DNA from: Faecousia sp.
GTDB lineage: Bacteria > Bacillota > Clostridia > Oscillospirales > Oscillospiraceae
Direction: 5' to 3'
DNA: 64,000 bases
NCBI GenBank assembly: GCA_045546835.1
Contig: JAZQDL010000101.1
Location: 3,500 to 67,499 of the forward strand
Shown piece after piece: positions 38,056 to 47,850 of the stretch. A program made the position numbers and the translations under genes. The number at the start of each line of letters is the position of its first letter. Position 1 is the stretch's first letter. The notes below the pieces were generated by a model that saw only the letters and a program-made list of their open reading frames with translations, made no database searches and was not told the DNA's origin.

Positions 38056-39738
38056 ATGGATATATTAAGCATTCGTGCAGCACTGCGTACAAAATCCATC
38101 TATGATATTCCGCTGCGTGTTACATTCTATGCCCGTGTATCCTCGGATACGGACGAGCAGCTCAACTCCCTGGACAATCAGATTGCATATTACGAGAACT
38201 TCATCAAAAAGAATAGGGCTTGGACCTTTGTTCCTGGGTACATTGATGAAGGTCTTTCCGGTATTTCCACCAAGAAAAGAAAGCACTTTAATGAGATGAT
38301 CGCCGATGCCAAGGAAGGCACATTTGATCTTATTATCACAAAGGAGATTTCCCGCTTTGCCCGTAATACTCTGGACTCTCTGCAGTATACAAGAGAACTG
38401 CTGAGCTTGGGTGTGGGTGTGTTCTTTCAGAACGATAACATCAACACATTAGATGAAGACGCAGAACTGCGTCTTACCATTATGTCCTCCATCGCTCAGG
38501 ACGAGCTTCGCAAGCTTTCCTCCCGCGTCAAGTTTGGACATCAGCAGGCCATTAAGTCCAATGTGGTACTGGGCAATAGCCGTATCTTTGGCTATAGAAA
38601 AGAAGATAAGCGGCTGGTGATCGACGAGACCCAGGCACCGATGGTCCGGGATCTATTCCGTCTGTATGCCACTGGCGAGTACAGCATGAAGCAGCTTGAG
38701 AAAATCTTCTATGACCAGGGCTACCGCAACTACAATGGTAACAAGATCGCACATACCACCATGTCCGGTATTATCTCCAATCCTAAGTACAAGGGCTACT
38801 ATGTTGGCAACAAGGTGCGTATCGTAGATATGTTCACCAAGAAGCAAAAGTTCCTCCCGCCGGAGGAATGGGTTATGTTCAAGGATGAAACCGGAGAGAT
38901 CGTGCCAGCCATCGTTTCTGAAGAACTATGGGATAAAGCAAATGAAATCCTGTCTCGCCGGAGTGAGGATGTAAAGAACCGGCAAGGTATTTGTAATCAT
39001 GCTAATCTACTCACCGGCAAACTATTCTGCACCCACTGTGGCGCACCCTACTATCGCAGAGAATCCAGAAGTAAGGACGGCAAGGTCAATTCCAAGTGGG
39101 TATGCTCCAACAAAATCAATAACGGTGCAGATGCCTGTCCGTCCTTCCCCATCTATGAGGATGAGATCAAGCCGATTCTGTATGAAGTATTCAGTGAAAC
39201 GAGAGTGGATGTAGAAGCACTGCTTGAGACCTATCACGAGATGTTTGTGTCCTTGGAAGATGATGATGAAACCACAAACCTGATCAAAGAGCAGCAGCGT
39301 ATTATTGAACTTGCTGACCAAAAGAAGAACAAGCTTCTGGAATTAGTCACCACCGGCGCCGTCACTGCAACCAACTTCAAGTCTATGACAGATAACTGCG
39401 ACCGAGAGATTGAAGAAGCAAGGAAGATGATCGCAGAACTGGAGGAACAGCGTTTCACTCAGGAAGAATACCGCAAGCATATGGCCGAGGTCAGAACACG
39501 GCTGGATGCTGCTGTTCGGGATGCCAGTAAGGGCCTGATCACCAATGAGTTTGTTGCCCAGTATATTGACAAAATCTTTGTCACATTAGATGAAAATGAT
39601 ACAGCGAAGCTTGAAATTAAGATATTTACGGGCAAAAAGACGGAAAAATGGCTAAAAAGGCTTAGCTCCAGGAGTAGAAGTCGTATGGGTCACACATTGA
39701 AGAAGATGATCGAGGCTTACGAGCAGGGTATGCAGTAA
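38056..39738 (+). CDS. Large serine recombinase (integrase); last 12 aa derive from the SASP gene
   Basis: FYARVSS catalytic motif, DEGLSG, KEISRFARN, recombinase domain (NPKYKG), CTHCG..C..C zinc ribbon, coiled coil. Confidence 0.95.
   Translation: MDILSIRAALRTKSIYDIPLRVTFYARVSSDTDEQLNSLDNQIAYYENFIKKNRAWTFVPGYIDEGLSGISTKKRKHFNEMIADAKEGTFDLIITKEISRFARNTLDSLQYTRELLSLGVGVFFQNDNINTLDEDAELRLTIMSSIAQDELRKLSSRVKFGHQQAIKSNVVLGNSRIFGYRKEDKRLVIDETQAPMVRDLFRLYATGEYSMKQLEKIFYDQGYRNYNGNKIAHTTMSGIISNPKYKGYYVGNKVRIVDMFTKKQKFLPPEEWVMFKDETGEIVPAIVSEELWDKANEILSRRSEDVKNRQGICNHANLLTGKLFCTHCGAPYYRRESRSKDGKVNSKWVCSNKINNGADACPSFPIYEDEIKPILYEVFSETRVDVEALLETYHEMFVSLEDDDETTNLIKEQQRIIELADQKKNKLLELVTTGAVTATNFKSMTDNCDREIEEARKMIAELEEQRFTQEEYRKHMAEVRTRLDAAVRDASKGLITNEFVAQYIDKIFVTLDENDTAKLEIKIFTGKKTEKWLKRLSSRSRSRMGHTLKKMIEAYEQGMQ
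39678..39720 (+). other. attR of the element (crossover AA at 39700-39701)
   Basis: TCGTATGGGTCACACATTG-AA-GAAGATGATCGAGGC. Confidence 0.85.
39702..39738 (+). pseudogene. 3' part of the interrupted SASP gene (KKMIEAYEQGMQ*)
   Basis: Completes the conserved SASP helix GSVGGQMV-KKMIEAYE; terminator hairpin GGGCGCGGTG..CACCGCGCCC follows at about 39755-39781. Confidence 0.9.
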
Positions 39739-39813
39739 TCCCCCATCAAAAAGAGGGCGCGGTGCCAAAAACACCGCGCCCGTATTTTTGTGCAATAAAA
39801 GTAAGGGCGGATA

Positions 39814-40770
39814 TTATCCGCCCGTGGGCGGCAGATTGCCGTCCCTGCAATTTCGGTAGCGAGTGATTTCTTCCGTATTTCCAAACACCAAATGGTTGTG
39901 ACCGATGTCTGTGAGGGCTGGTGTTTCCCGGGTGTAATCGTGGCGTGATGGGTCATAGGTCAGCAGCCGCTTGTTCCTTTCCAAAATAGGATCTGGAATG
40001 GGAATGGCGGAGATCAGGCTTTTGGTATAGGGGTGCAGGGGATGCCGGAACAGCTCCTCAGCTTCTGCGATCTCCACAATATCCCCCTTATAGATCACGC
40101 CGATCCGGTCGGAAATAAACCGCACCACAGAAAGATCGTGGGCAATGAACAGATAGGTCACGCCCTGCTCCTGCTGAAAATCCTTCATTAGATTCAGCAC
40201 CTGTGCCCGGACGGATACATCCAGGGCGGAAATCGGTTCGTCTGCGATCACCAGCTCCGGATGCATAATCATTGCCCGCGCCAGTCCAATCCGCTGGCGT
40301 TGACCGCCGGAAAATTCGTGGGGATAGCGGCTCAAATGCTCCGGCAGCAATCCCACGTGCCGGATCATCTCCTCTACCTTGCGGCGGCGGTCCTTTTCGT
40401 CCCGGAACAGGTGGAAATTATATAAGCCTTCGGAAATAATATAATCCACCGTCGCCCGCTCGTTCAGGGAAGCTGCAGGGTCTTGGAATACCATCTGGAT
40501 ATTTCGGACCAGCTGCCGCTCCAGGCGGGCAGGGATCTTGCCGGAAATGGGCACACCCTTATACAAAATCTCTCCTGCAGTGCAGGGGGTGACCCGTATG
40601 ATCGCCCTGCCGATGGTGGTCTTTCCCGAGCCGGACTCTCCCACCAGAGAAAAGGTTTCCCCCTTGTAAATATCAAAGCTGGCGTTTTTCACTGCCCGGA
40701 CTGCCTGCGCCCCTTTCCCAAAGGTGATGTCCACATTTCGCAGGCTCAGCAGTATTTCCCGGCTATCCAT
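39814..40770 (-). CDS. oppF: Oligopeptide ABC transporter ATPase
   Basis: [39 protein letters not shown]; 3' end overlaps a REP-like variant at 39801-39848. Confidence 0.9.
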   Translation of the reverse strand: MDSREILLSLRNVDITFGKGAQAVRAVKNASFDIYKGETFSLVGESGSGKTTIGRAIIRVTPCTAGEILYKGVPISGKIPARLERQLVRNIQMVFQDPAASLNERATVDYIISEGLYNFHLFRDEKDRRRKVEEMIRHVGLLPEHLSRYPHEFSGGQRQRIGLARAMIMHPELVIADEPISALDVSVRAQVLNLMKDFQQEQGVTYLFIAHDLSVVRFISDRIGVIYKGDIVEIAEAEELFRHPLHPYTKSLISAIPIPDPILERNKRLLTYDPSRHDYTRETPALTDIGHNHLVFGNTEEITRYRNCRDGNLPPTGG

Positions 40771-41815
40771 ATATGTCCCCCAGTCTTGTATGCAAATTTC
40801 GAAGAACCTCCGGTTTTTCTGTTTCAGGCGCTCTGGAGTCCAACAGCCAGGTCTTGGCAAAATGGGTGTCTGTCACCTGAAACATTGGTGGCTCCTGCAG
40901 GGTGTCGATCTTCAGGCAATAGGGATTTCTGGGTGCAAAGGGATCGCCCTCCAGCCGATTATACAAGGAAGGCGGCGTTCCGGAAATGGAATAAAGCCGG
41001 CTGCCCGGCTGGGCAAGCTGGGGCAGACTCTGCAGCAGCGCCCAGGTATAGGGATGGCGGGGGTCATAGAAAATTTCCTCTGCCGTTCCCAGCTCCACCA
41101 TCTGACCGGCATACAGCACCGCCACCCGGTCTGCAATATTCGCCACCACCCCCAGATCGTGGGTAATGAAAATAATGGTAAACCCCAATTCTTTTTGCAG
41201 ATCTTTCAGCAGCTTCAAGATCTGCGCCTGAATGGTCACATCCAGCGCGGTGGTCGGCTCATCACAGATCAGGATCTTCGGCTGGCACGCAAGGGCGATG
41301 GCAATGACGATCCGCTGGCGCATCCCACCGGAATACTGGAAGGGATAATCCTCAAACCGCTTTTCCGGCTGGGGTATCCCCACCTTTTCCATCATTTCCA
41401 GCGCCTGTATTTTTGCCTGCTTCTCTGAGCAGCAACGGTGCTTGCGGATCACCGAGGTGATCTGCTTACCGATGGTCAGCACCGGATTTAAGGAGGACAT
41501 AGGGTCTTGAAAAACAGAGGCGATCTGACCGCCCCGAAGCTGTTCCCACTGGCGGTTTCTATGGAGACTGCTCAGCTCCACCGGCGCATCTCCATAAAAC
41601 ATTACAGACCCACCGCTGATATAGCCGTTTTTCTCCAGCATCCCGGAAAAGGTCTTGGTAAAGACAGACTTTCCCGACCCGGATTCTCCCACGATGGCTA
41701 CGGACTCCCCCGCATAAAAATCCAGGGATATGCCCCGAATAGCCTGCAGCTCTCTACCCCGGACTTTGAAGTTGACATATAGATCTTTTACAGACAGCAG
41801 TATCTTCTTTTTCAT
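40763..41815 (-). CDS. oppD: Oligopeptide ABC transporter ATPase
   Basis: [40 protein letters not shown]. Confidence 0.9.
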   Translation of the reverse strand: MKKKILLSVKDLYVNFKVRGRELQAIRGISLDFYAGESVAIVGESGSGKSVFTKTFSGMLEKNGYISGGSVMFYGDAPVELSSLHRNRQWEQLRGGQIASVFQDPMSSLNPVLTIGKQITSVIRKHRCCSEKQAKIQALEMMEKVGIPQPEKRFEDYPFQYSGGMRQRIVIAIALACQPKILICDEPTTALDVTIQAQILKLLKDLQKELGFTIIFITHDLGVVANIADRVAVLYAGQMVELGTAEEIFYDPRHPYTWALLQSLPQLAQPGSRLYSISGTPPSLYNRLEGDPFAPRNPYCLKIDTLQEPPMFQVTDTHFAKTWLLDSRAPETEKPEVLRNLHTRLGDIYG

Positions 41816-41833
41816 ACCCACACCCCTTTCATT

Positions 41834-41995
41834 CAATTTCTGCTTGACACACCGCTATTGTAGGGCGGGGGCTTGCTCCCGCCATCTGGGATTTTAGGGT
41901 TCGATGCCCTAAAATCCCAGTTATAAATTGATAGTGCGGTAGCGGCGGGAGTAAACCCCCGCCCTACAATGCACCTAACCGATAAACGGAAATTT
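41834..41995. repeat. MITE-like REP doublet (long form) between oppC and oppD
   Basis: CAATTTCTGCTTGAC...GTAG REP pair...CGATAAACGGAAATTT; the end overlaps the oppC stop codon. Confidence 0.85.
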
Positions 41996-42962
41996 ATATA
42001 TGGGTTCTTGGATCGGAGGCATCTCCCAAATTTTGCCCCACTACATACAGCACCACGGTGATAACCGATGCCACTGCCACCGGACTCCAGAATTCAAAGC
42101 CCCACCCCGGAGTGACCATTGCACTTTGGGCAGACTCGATCAGCCGCCCCAGGGACATTTCCGAAAGTCCCATTCCGATATAGGACAAAAACACCTCGTA
42201 GGAAATATAGGAAGGAATTTCTGCCGCCGCCAAGGTAACGATCACCGAAGTCATAAAGGGCAGGATGTTCCGCAGCGCCACCCGCCACACCGGCGTTCCC
42301 AGGCAGCGGGAGGCAAGGTTATATTCCCTGTCCCGAATGATCATCACCTGGGTCCTTACAAAATAGGCAACTGCCAGCCAGCCGGTGACCGTCAGGGCAA
42401 AGACCATACCCAAAAAGCTTGCCGACAGCACCAGCACCACCACGGAGATCAGCAAAATATAGGGGATGTTTGATGCGATGTTATACACCTCTGTCATCAC
42501 TGCATCCACCCGCCGGCTAAAGCCCCAGATCGCCCCCACTGCCACACCCACAGTCAGATTGATCGCCGCACACAAAAGTGCCAGGGAAACAGAAATGCCT
42601 GCCCCGTACCAAACCGCGTCAAAGGTGGACTGCCCGGATGCCCCCGTTCCCAAAACCCAGTGGATATTATAGCCGAATTTCTCCAATGCCGCCTTTGGGG
42701 ACAGGTGCTTTGCCGTGGGGTCTAAAAGGTTAATATAAGGATCGACCGCCGGGTCATAGCCGATCACCGCCGGATAAACATAGGTGAAGATCAGCACTAC
42801 CCCCAATAGGATCAGCACTGCGATATTGATCTTCCTTCGAAAAAAGGTCCGTAGCACAGACTGCCAGTAGGAATACCGGGGGGCAGTAATTTTCTCCGTT
42901 TCCAGAGAATTTATCTCCACAAAGGAAAACAGTTCTCCGTCGCTTAAATGATTTTCCGGCAT
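41994..42962 (-). CDS. oppC: Oligopeptide ABC permease
   Basis: YSYWQSV, HWVLGT, EYNLASRCLG, LGDASDPRTH. Confidence 0.88.
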   Translation of the reverse strand: MPENHLSDGELFSFVEINSLETEKITAPRYSYWQSVLRTFFRRKINIAVLILLGVVLIFTYVYPAVIGYDPAVDPYINLLDPTAKHLSPKAALEKFGYNIHWVLGTGASGQSTFDAVWYGAGISVSLALLCAAINLTVGVAVGAIWGFSRRVDAVMTEVYNIASNIPYILLISVVVLVLSASFLGMVFALTVTGWLAVAYFVRTQVMIIRDREYNLASRCLGTPVWRVALRNILPFMTSVIVTLAAAEIPSYISYEVFLSYIGMGLSEMSLGRLIESAQSAMVTPGWGFEFWSPVAVASVITVVLYVVGQNLGDASDPRTHI

Positions 42963-42966
42963 TTTC

Positions 42967-44511
42967 TTACCTCTTTTTCAGGGAAATTCTGGGGTCGACT
43001 ACACTCATCAGCACATCTCCTAAGATCACGGAGGTTACCGACAGCACTGCATAAAATAGAACCATTCCCACAATTACGCCGTTGTCATAGGCATTGATGG
43101 CTCGGGTAAGCACATTGCCTGCCCCCGGCACCACATACACTCGCTCTGTAATGATCGCACCGGTCAGTGCCAGCAGCACCGCCGCAGGCAGCCCGTGGAC
43201 CATTGGGATGGCTGCATTTTTGAAAATATGCTGCCGGAAAATTTCCCGACTGGAAAGTCCCCCCGCCCTTGCAAAGCGCACATAGTCAGCGCTCATCTGA
43301 TCCACCAGATACCGGCGCAGCCACTTCATAATATTGGCTGCCGCAGGCAGCGCCAGAGAGATCACCGGCAAAATATACTGGAGCCAGCTAGGGTTTTCCA
43401 TATCGAAGGTGGTGGGCAGTCCCAATGCGCCACCGAGCGCCTTAAACAGGAAAATATAGGCTAACGATGGCACTGCCATAATAAACACGATATAAGATGT
43501 TCCCAGCCGGTCCGGCAGCTTGTCCCGCCGCCTTGCCATCCAAAGTGCCAGCGGAACGGCAATTAAATAAGACAGCACCACAGCGCAAATTCCGATCAGA
43601 AAGGAATATCCCAGCTTGGACAGCCCCCTTTTATGGGTTTTGACAAGGGTATAGTCGTCTGTAAAATGTGCCCGCAGGGTCTGTGTGCCATTTTCCAGTG
43701 AACCGGCTGCATACTGGGCTGTGTGCAGATCGTCTGCCGTGTAGGCCTTTAATCCGGTGGGGTAAGTCACATAGGACGATTTGAAAGAGCCTTGGGGACT
43801 GGTGAGGGTCTCCCACACCTCGCTTCCCGTGCTGACGGCGTAGGAAGTTCCTAAATTCAGGCGGATAAAATTCTGATGGACAAAGGGAAAGCGACTGTCA
43901 CAGTAAAGCAGATACTTGTGCCGGGTGCCGTTTCCCATTATGGCAGGGGAAAATTTCTCGCCGCCGTAGACCGGGTCACGCCAGGTAAAGGTCAGTCCCC
44001 GATTTTCGAGGTTTTCCTGCACATAATTTATGGTATCGATCTGAATAAACCCTGTGAAGTACCGCCCCAGCCGTCCCAGCATCGGAATATCCCGGTAGGC
44101 AAAGAGTCGGGGTTCGCCCCCCTCTTTGTATTTTTCCGAGCTGCCTTTTTTGTCTGCCTTCAGATAGACCACCTGATAGGATCTTTCTTCATATTCCTTT
44201 GTAAATGCATCGATCCAGTGCGTCACTTCCAAAGCGGCTGCCCGGTCATATTCGGCCTGAGTCAGCTCCCCCGTCCGGAGCTTTTCCAGTAAATATTCTG
44301 CAAAAGGCACATAGTCCACATATCCGTATTTTTCCCACTGCTGCATTTTATAAACCGTCCGTCCGTTGCTGGCTTGTTTGCTGTAAACCGGGTCAGATGC
44401 AAACACCAGCTCCCGGTCCAGTCCTGCGTACACCAGCACCATTACGATCCCCACCACAACAGCAATGGACAGCACACCCCGCAAAATACGCCACAACAAA
44501 TACCGACCCAT
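42967..44511 (-). CDS. oppB: Oligopeptide ABC permease
   Basis: DYVRFARAGGLS, HIFKNA, GAIITERVY, DPRI. Confidence 0.88.
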   Translation of the reverse strand: MGRYLLWRILRGVLSIAVVVGIVMVLVYAGLDRELVFASDPVYSKQASNGRTVYKMQQWEKYGYVDYVPFAEYLLEKLRTGELTQAEYDRAAALEVTHWIDAFTKEYEERSYQVVYLKADKKGSSEKYKEGGEPRLFAYRDIPMLGRLGRYFTGFIQIDTINYVQENLENRGLTFTWRDPVYGGEKFSPAIMGNGTRHKYLLYCDSRFPFVHQNFIRLNLGTSYAVSTGSEVWETLTSPQGSFKSSYVTYPTGLKAYTADDLHTAQYAAGSLENGTQTLRAHFTDDYTLVKTHKRGLSKLGYSFLIGICAVVLSYLIAVPLALWMARRRDKLPDRLGTSYIVFIMAVPSLAYIFLFKALGGALGLPTTFDMENPSWLQYILPVISLALPAAANIMKWLRRYLVDQMSADYVRFARAGGLSSREIFRQHIFKNAAIPMVHGLPAAVLLALTGAIITERVYVVPGAGNVLTRAINAYDNGVIVGMVLFYAVLSVTSVILGDVLMSVVDPRISLKKR

Positions 44512-44580
44512 ATAAATCCACCCGCCCTTCTATCTGCCATTTATTATGTGACAAAAATAGCCTTTTATCCCTTAACTTGC

Positions 44581-44750
44581 AAATTTCTGTTTGACGAACT
44601 GTTGTATTGTAGGGCGGGGGCTTGCTCCCGCCGTCTGGGGTTTTAGGGTTCGATGCCCTAAAACCCCAGCTATATTATCATTTGATGGTGCGGTAGCGGC
44701 GGGAGTAGAACCCCCGCCCTACGATGGGACCAATCGTCAAACTGAAATTT
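44581..44750. repeat. MITE-like REP doublet (long form)
   Basis: AAATTTCTGTTTGACG...CGTCAAACTGAAATTT around a GTAG REP pair. Confidence 0.88.
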
Positions 44751-44787
44751 GACACAGGCGGATGGGGAAACCCATCCGCCTGTATAG

Positions 44788-46968
44788 CTACCATAGTCCA
44801 ATATTTTTCGTCATATAGCCTGCGTAATCCGGAAGCAGTGTGTCCAGATAGGAAGCCGGATCGCCGTAATCCGGTCCCCAACCAGCAATGTCGCAGATAT
44901 CATAATTTGCCTGTGTGCCGTCGGCGATAAAATAGCCGGTGTTCTGCCACTGGCGCAGGTCTGTACCTGCCACCGTGTTAATGATGACGCAGCCACCCAA
45001 AGCAGCTTCTACGGACTTTTTATAGGCGTTCGCCCGGTTTACATAATGTTCCACTGAAGCGGCATAGGGAAGGTCCAGATAGATTGGCTCTTGCGGAGAA
45101 ATCGCAATTCCTTCTGCTGATAATTCATCGATGGCTTTCCGGAGTGCTTCTGCCGCTGCCTGCGGATTGTACCAGCCGTCAAAGCCGTCGGAAGAGCCCA
45201 GTCCGTCCTCCCCTTCCGGGTCCCACACCTGCATCGCGCCCCCGTCTGCATCGATCTGCGCCTGCAATATCTCCCCGTAAAATGTGCCTAATGGGAAAGT
45301 GACTTCTTCACCGCCCATTATCAGGGTCACATCCTCTGTCAAGGAAACAAAGCTGCCGGGGGTAAAGCTGTTTCGCAGGGATACATATTTCAGGTCCTCG
45401 CCTACTACCTGTGCATTGTATGCACCCCGATCCAGCGAAAGCGAGATCGCCTGCCGGAAATGGAGATTTCTCATTGCCGCAGCCGAGCGGATGCGCTGGC
45501 GTTCATCTTTGGAAGATGCCACTGCCCCGTCGGAAGCATTGGAAAAGGCAGTTCTGTTCAGGTTGTAAAATGCCATAAAGGAGGTTGCACCCGCAGGAGA
45601 AATATAGCCATACTCAGAAAACCAGCTCTGTCCCCCGGGGAGCTGCTCCTTACGAGCCGTTTCCAGAGATGCAGCAGTCAGCGTGCAGCCGTCCAGTGTG
45701 CCTGCCTTCATATCCTGATAGGGCTTCATCACATCCTGACCGTTATGAAACAGCCAGGTGATCGTCTTGATATTAACATTCTCTGCATTCCAATAAGCAG
45801 GATTTGCCTGAAACACAATGGTATTCTCTGCCGTGGCATTGCTCACAAGATAAGGGCCGCAGTAGGCAATGGAGTCCTTGTTTCTGCCGTAGGTATAGTC
45901 CTGTGCGGAAGCATTGTAGCTTTCTCCGAATTTACCACCCTTGGACTGATAATACTCCCGGCACATAGGTGCAAAAACGCCGTAGCCCAGCATAGTCATA
46001 AAATAAGAGGTAGGCTGGGTAAGGGTGTACTCTACCGTATAGTCATCCACCGCCCGGACACCAACGGCAGAAAAATCCGCAGTTCTGCCGGCAATATAGT
46101 CGCCTGCGCCCACGAGCAGATCCTTCACCAGATATTCCATACCCCCCTGGGCATCCATCATATGCTGCATACCGGCTACAAAATCATCTGCTTTTACTTC
46201 CCCGACTGCACGCCCCTGAGAGTCTACCCACGATACTCCCTGCCGCAAATAAAAGGTGTATTTCAATCCATCCTCAGAAACACGATAGTCTTGTGCCAAA
46301 GCCGGCTGCAGCACATTTTCACTGTCATATTCATACAGCCCGTCATAGGTGTTGACCAGCACCTCCGCATCCACCGCGTTGGAGCTGGAATGCACATCCC
46401 AGGTCTCTGGGTCACTGGTGTAGAACATCACATAGCTGTCCTTCATCGTGTAGCCGTTATCCGCAAGGTACGCCTTTGCCCAGCTTTCCCAAGTGCCTGT
46501 GCCCTTGCGCTCTGCCCAGGCAGCGCGCATTACGCTCCGGTCCTGGGCGGTGATTGGCTGGGTTGTCACAATAGCATTGTGAAACCGATCAGAATCGTTT
46601 CCCCAAAGGACTGTGCTTGCAGTGTTGGGCGCAAGGCGTGAAATGGCATACGTGCCGCCGGAGGCACTCAGTGGCAGCATCACGCAAGACTGTAGTAACT
46701 TTGCTTCCGCCACCGCCATCAGGGCGTGGCGCTGGGAGACATTCTCCGCTTCCAATGCCACCTGATAAGCACTGTAAAAATCATTCAAATTATCGGCATA
46801 GATCGCATCGGACTTACCGTCGTGATCCCCATATAAATGGGCATACGGGTCTGTATAATCCAGCCCAGGAGCGGTGTTTTCCGCCTGCTTTCCGCCGCAG
46901 CCTGTCAGAGCAGTCATGCAAATAGCCAGCGCAAGGCACAGCCATTTTCTTCCTCTCAAAAAAATCAC
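44788..46968 (-). CDS. oppA: Oligopeptide-binding lipoprotein (AliA/OppA-like)
   Basis: Lipobox LTGC; SEDGLKYTFYLRQGVSW..ADDFV; GWGPDYGDPASYL. Confidence 0.85.
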   Translation of the reverse strand: MIFLRGRKWLCLALAICMTALTGCGGKQAENTAPGLDYTDPYAHLYGDHDGKSDAIYADNLNDFYSAYQVALEAENVSQRHALMAVAEAKLLQSCVMLPLSASGGTYAISRLAPNTASTVLWGNDSDRFHNAIVTTQPITAQDRSVMRAAWAERKGTGTWESWAKAYLADNGYTMKDSYVMFYTSDPETWDVHSSSNAVDAEVLVNTYDGLYEYDSENVLQPALAQDYRVSEDGLKYTFYLRQGVSWVDSQGRAVGEVKADDFVAGMQHMMDAQGGMEYLVKDLLVGAGDYIAGRTADFSAVGVRAVDDYTVEYTLTQPTSYFMTMLGYGVFAPMCREYYQSKGGKFGESYNASAQDYTYGRNKDSIAYCGPYLVSNATAENTIVFQANPAYWNAENVNIKTITWLFHNGQDVMKPYQDMKAGTLDGCTLTAASLETARKEQLPGGQSWFSEYGYISPAGATSFMAFYNLNRTAFSNASDGAVASSKDERQRIRSAAAMRNLHFRQAISLSLDRGAYNAQVVGEDLKYVSLRNSFTPGSFVSLTEDVTLIMGGEEVTFPLGTFYGEILQAQIDADGGAMQVWDPEGEDGLGSSDGFDGWYNPQAAAEALRKAIDELSAEGIAISPQEPIYLDLPYAASVEHYVNRANAYKKSVEAALGGCVIINTVAGTDLRQWQNTGYFIADGTQANYDICDIAGWGPDYGDPASYLDTLLPDYAGYMTKNIGLW

Positions 46969-47058
46969 CTCCGCAAAATCTATCCATACTTTTTCCCGCT
47001 TTTGGGAAAGTATGCATTTTGCGGAGGATAAGGTTATTTGCCAAATAAAACGGCTATC

Positions 47059-47226
47059 AAATTTCTGTTTGTCGAATTGATTATGGTAGGGCGGGGGCTT
47101 GCTCCCGCCGTCTGGGATGTTGGGGTTCGATGCCTCAACATCCCAGAATTATTATCATTTAATGGTGCGGTAGCGGCGGGAGTAGAACCCCCGCCCTACG
47201 ATGGGTGAATCGTCAAACAGAAATTT
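47059..47226. repeat. MITE-like REP doublet (long form)
   Basis: AAATTTCTGTTTGTCG...CGTCAAACAGAAATTT. Confidence 0.88.
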
Positions 47227-47276
47227 ATCCCACAAAAAAGGAGGTGTCCCGATTGAGACACCTCCGTCTTTATTTC

Positions 47277-47717
47277 TTACACAACGCCCTTTTGGAGCAT
47301 CACATTGGCGTAGATGGCACTTTCGCTTGTGGCGATAATGCAGTATGCAGTCTTTGCTTCTTCATAGAAAGCAAAGCGCTCAATGTTACCAACGGCAGAA
47401 GCGCCCCGGTCATCGTATTTAGAAACGATTTCCTTATAGGTGTCCCAAATGGGAGTTGCTACTTTACCCTCGTCACGGGGCATCAGTGCCATCAGGTTCA
47501 CAGGCTTTTCCACATAAGTATCCAGCGGGAACACCTGGCAAATAGCATCCAGAATTTCCGGCACGCCGTGTCCGTCCATACGGATCACAATGGCATTTTT
47601 ACCCATAGACTCTGCGGGGAAGTTGCCGTCGGCGATCACCAGACGGTCACTGTGACCCATCTCGCACAGAACCTTCAGAAGCTCCGGGGACAGGATCTTC
47701 GGAATTCCTTTTAACAT
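47277..47717 (-). CDS. fucU: L-fucose mutarotase (RbsD/FucU family)
   Basis: MLKGIP..EMGHSDRLVIADGNFP..ERFAFYE..YANVMLQKGVV. Confidence 0.88.
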   Translation of the reverse strand: MLKGIPKILSPELLKVLCEMGHSDRLVIADGNFPAESMGKNAIVIRMDGHGVPEILDAICQVFPLDTYVEKPVNLMALMPRDEGKVATPIWDTYKEIVSKYDDRGASAVGNIERFAFYEEAKTAYCIIATSESAIYANVMLQKGVV

Positions 47718-47798
47718 AACCTTTCTCCTTCTCAGTTGACTTTTGGGGATGTGCTACAGCACATCCCCAAAACATACGATAATTTACATTTTATGGAT

Positions 47799-47846
47799 GT
47801 AGGGGCGTTCATTGAACGCCCGCGGGCGGTTGATAACCGCCCCTAC
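47799..47846. repeat. Compact GTAG-type REP doublet variant
   Basis: GTAGGGGCGTTCATTGAACGCCCGCGGGCGGTTGATAACCGCCCCTAC. Confidence 0.75.
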
Positions 47847-47850
47847 AATT

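Larger units (their letters stand above)
17208..39701. mobile_element. 22,494-bp serine-integrase element inserted in a SASP gene
   Basis: Split SASP halves rejoin in frame at AA; terminal large serine recombinase; AT-richer; no host REP repeats; carries resolvase, XRE, SSB-like and Rep-like genes. Confidence 0.9.

Noticed and set aside
17208-39701. Element as a complete prophage or ICE
   Set aside because: No terminase, capsid, tail, relaxase or VirB4/VirD4-like genes were recognised.
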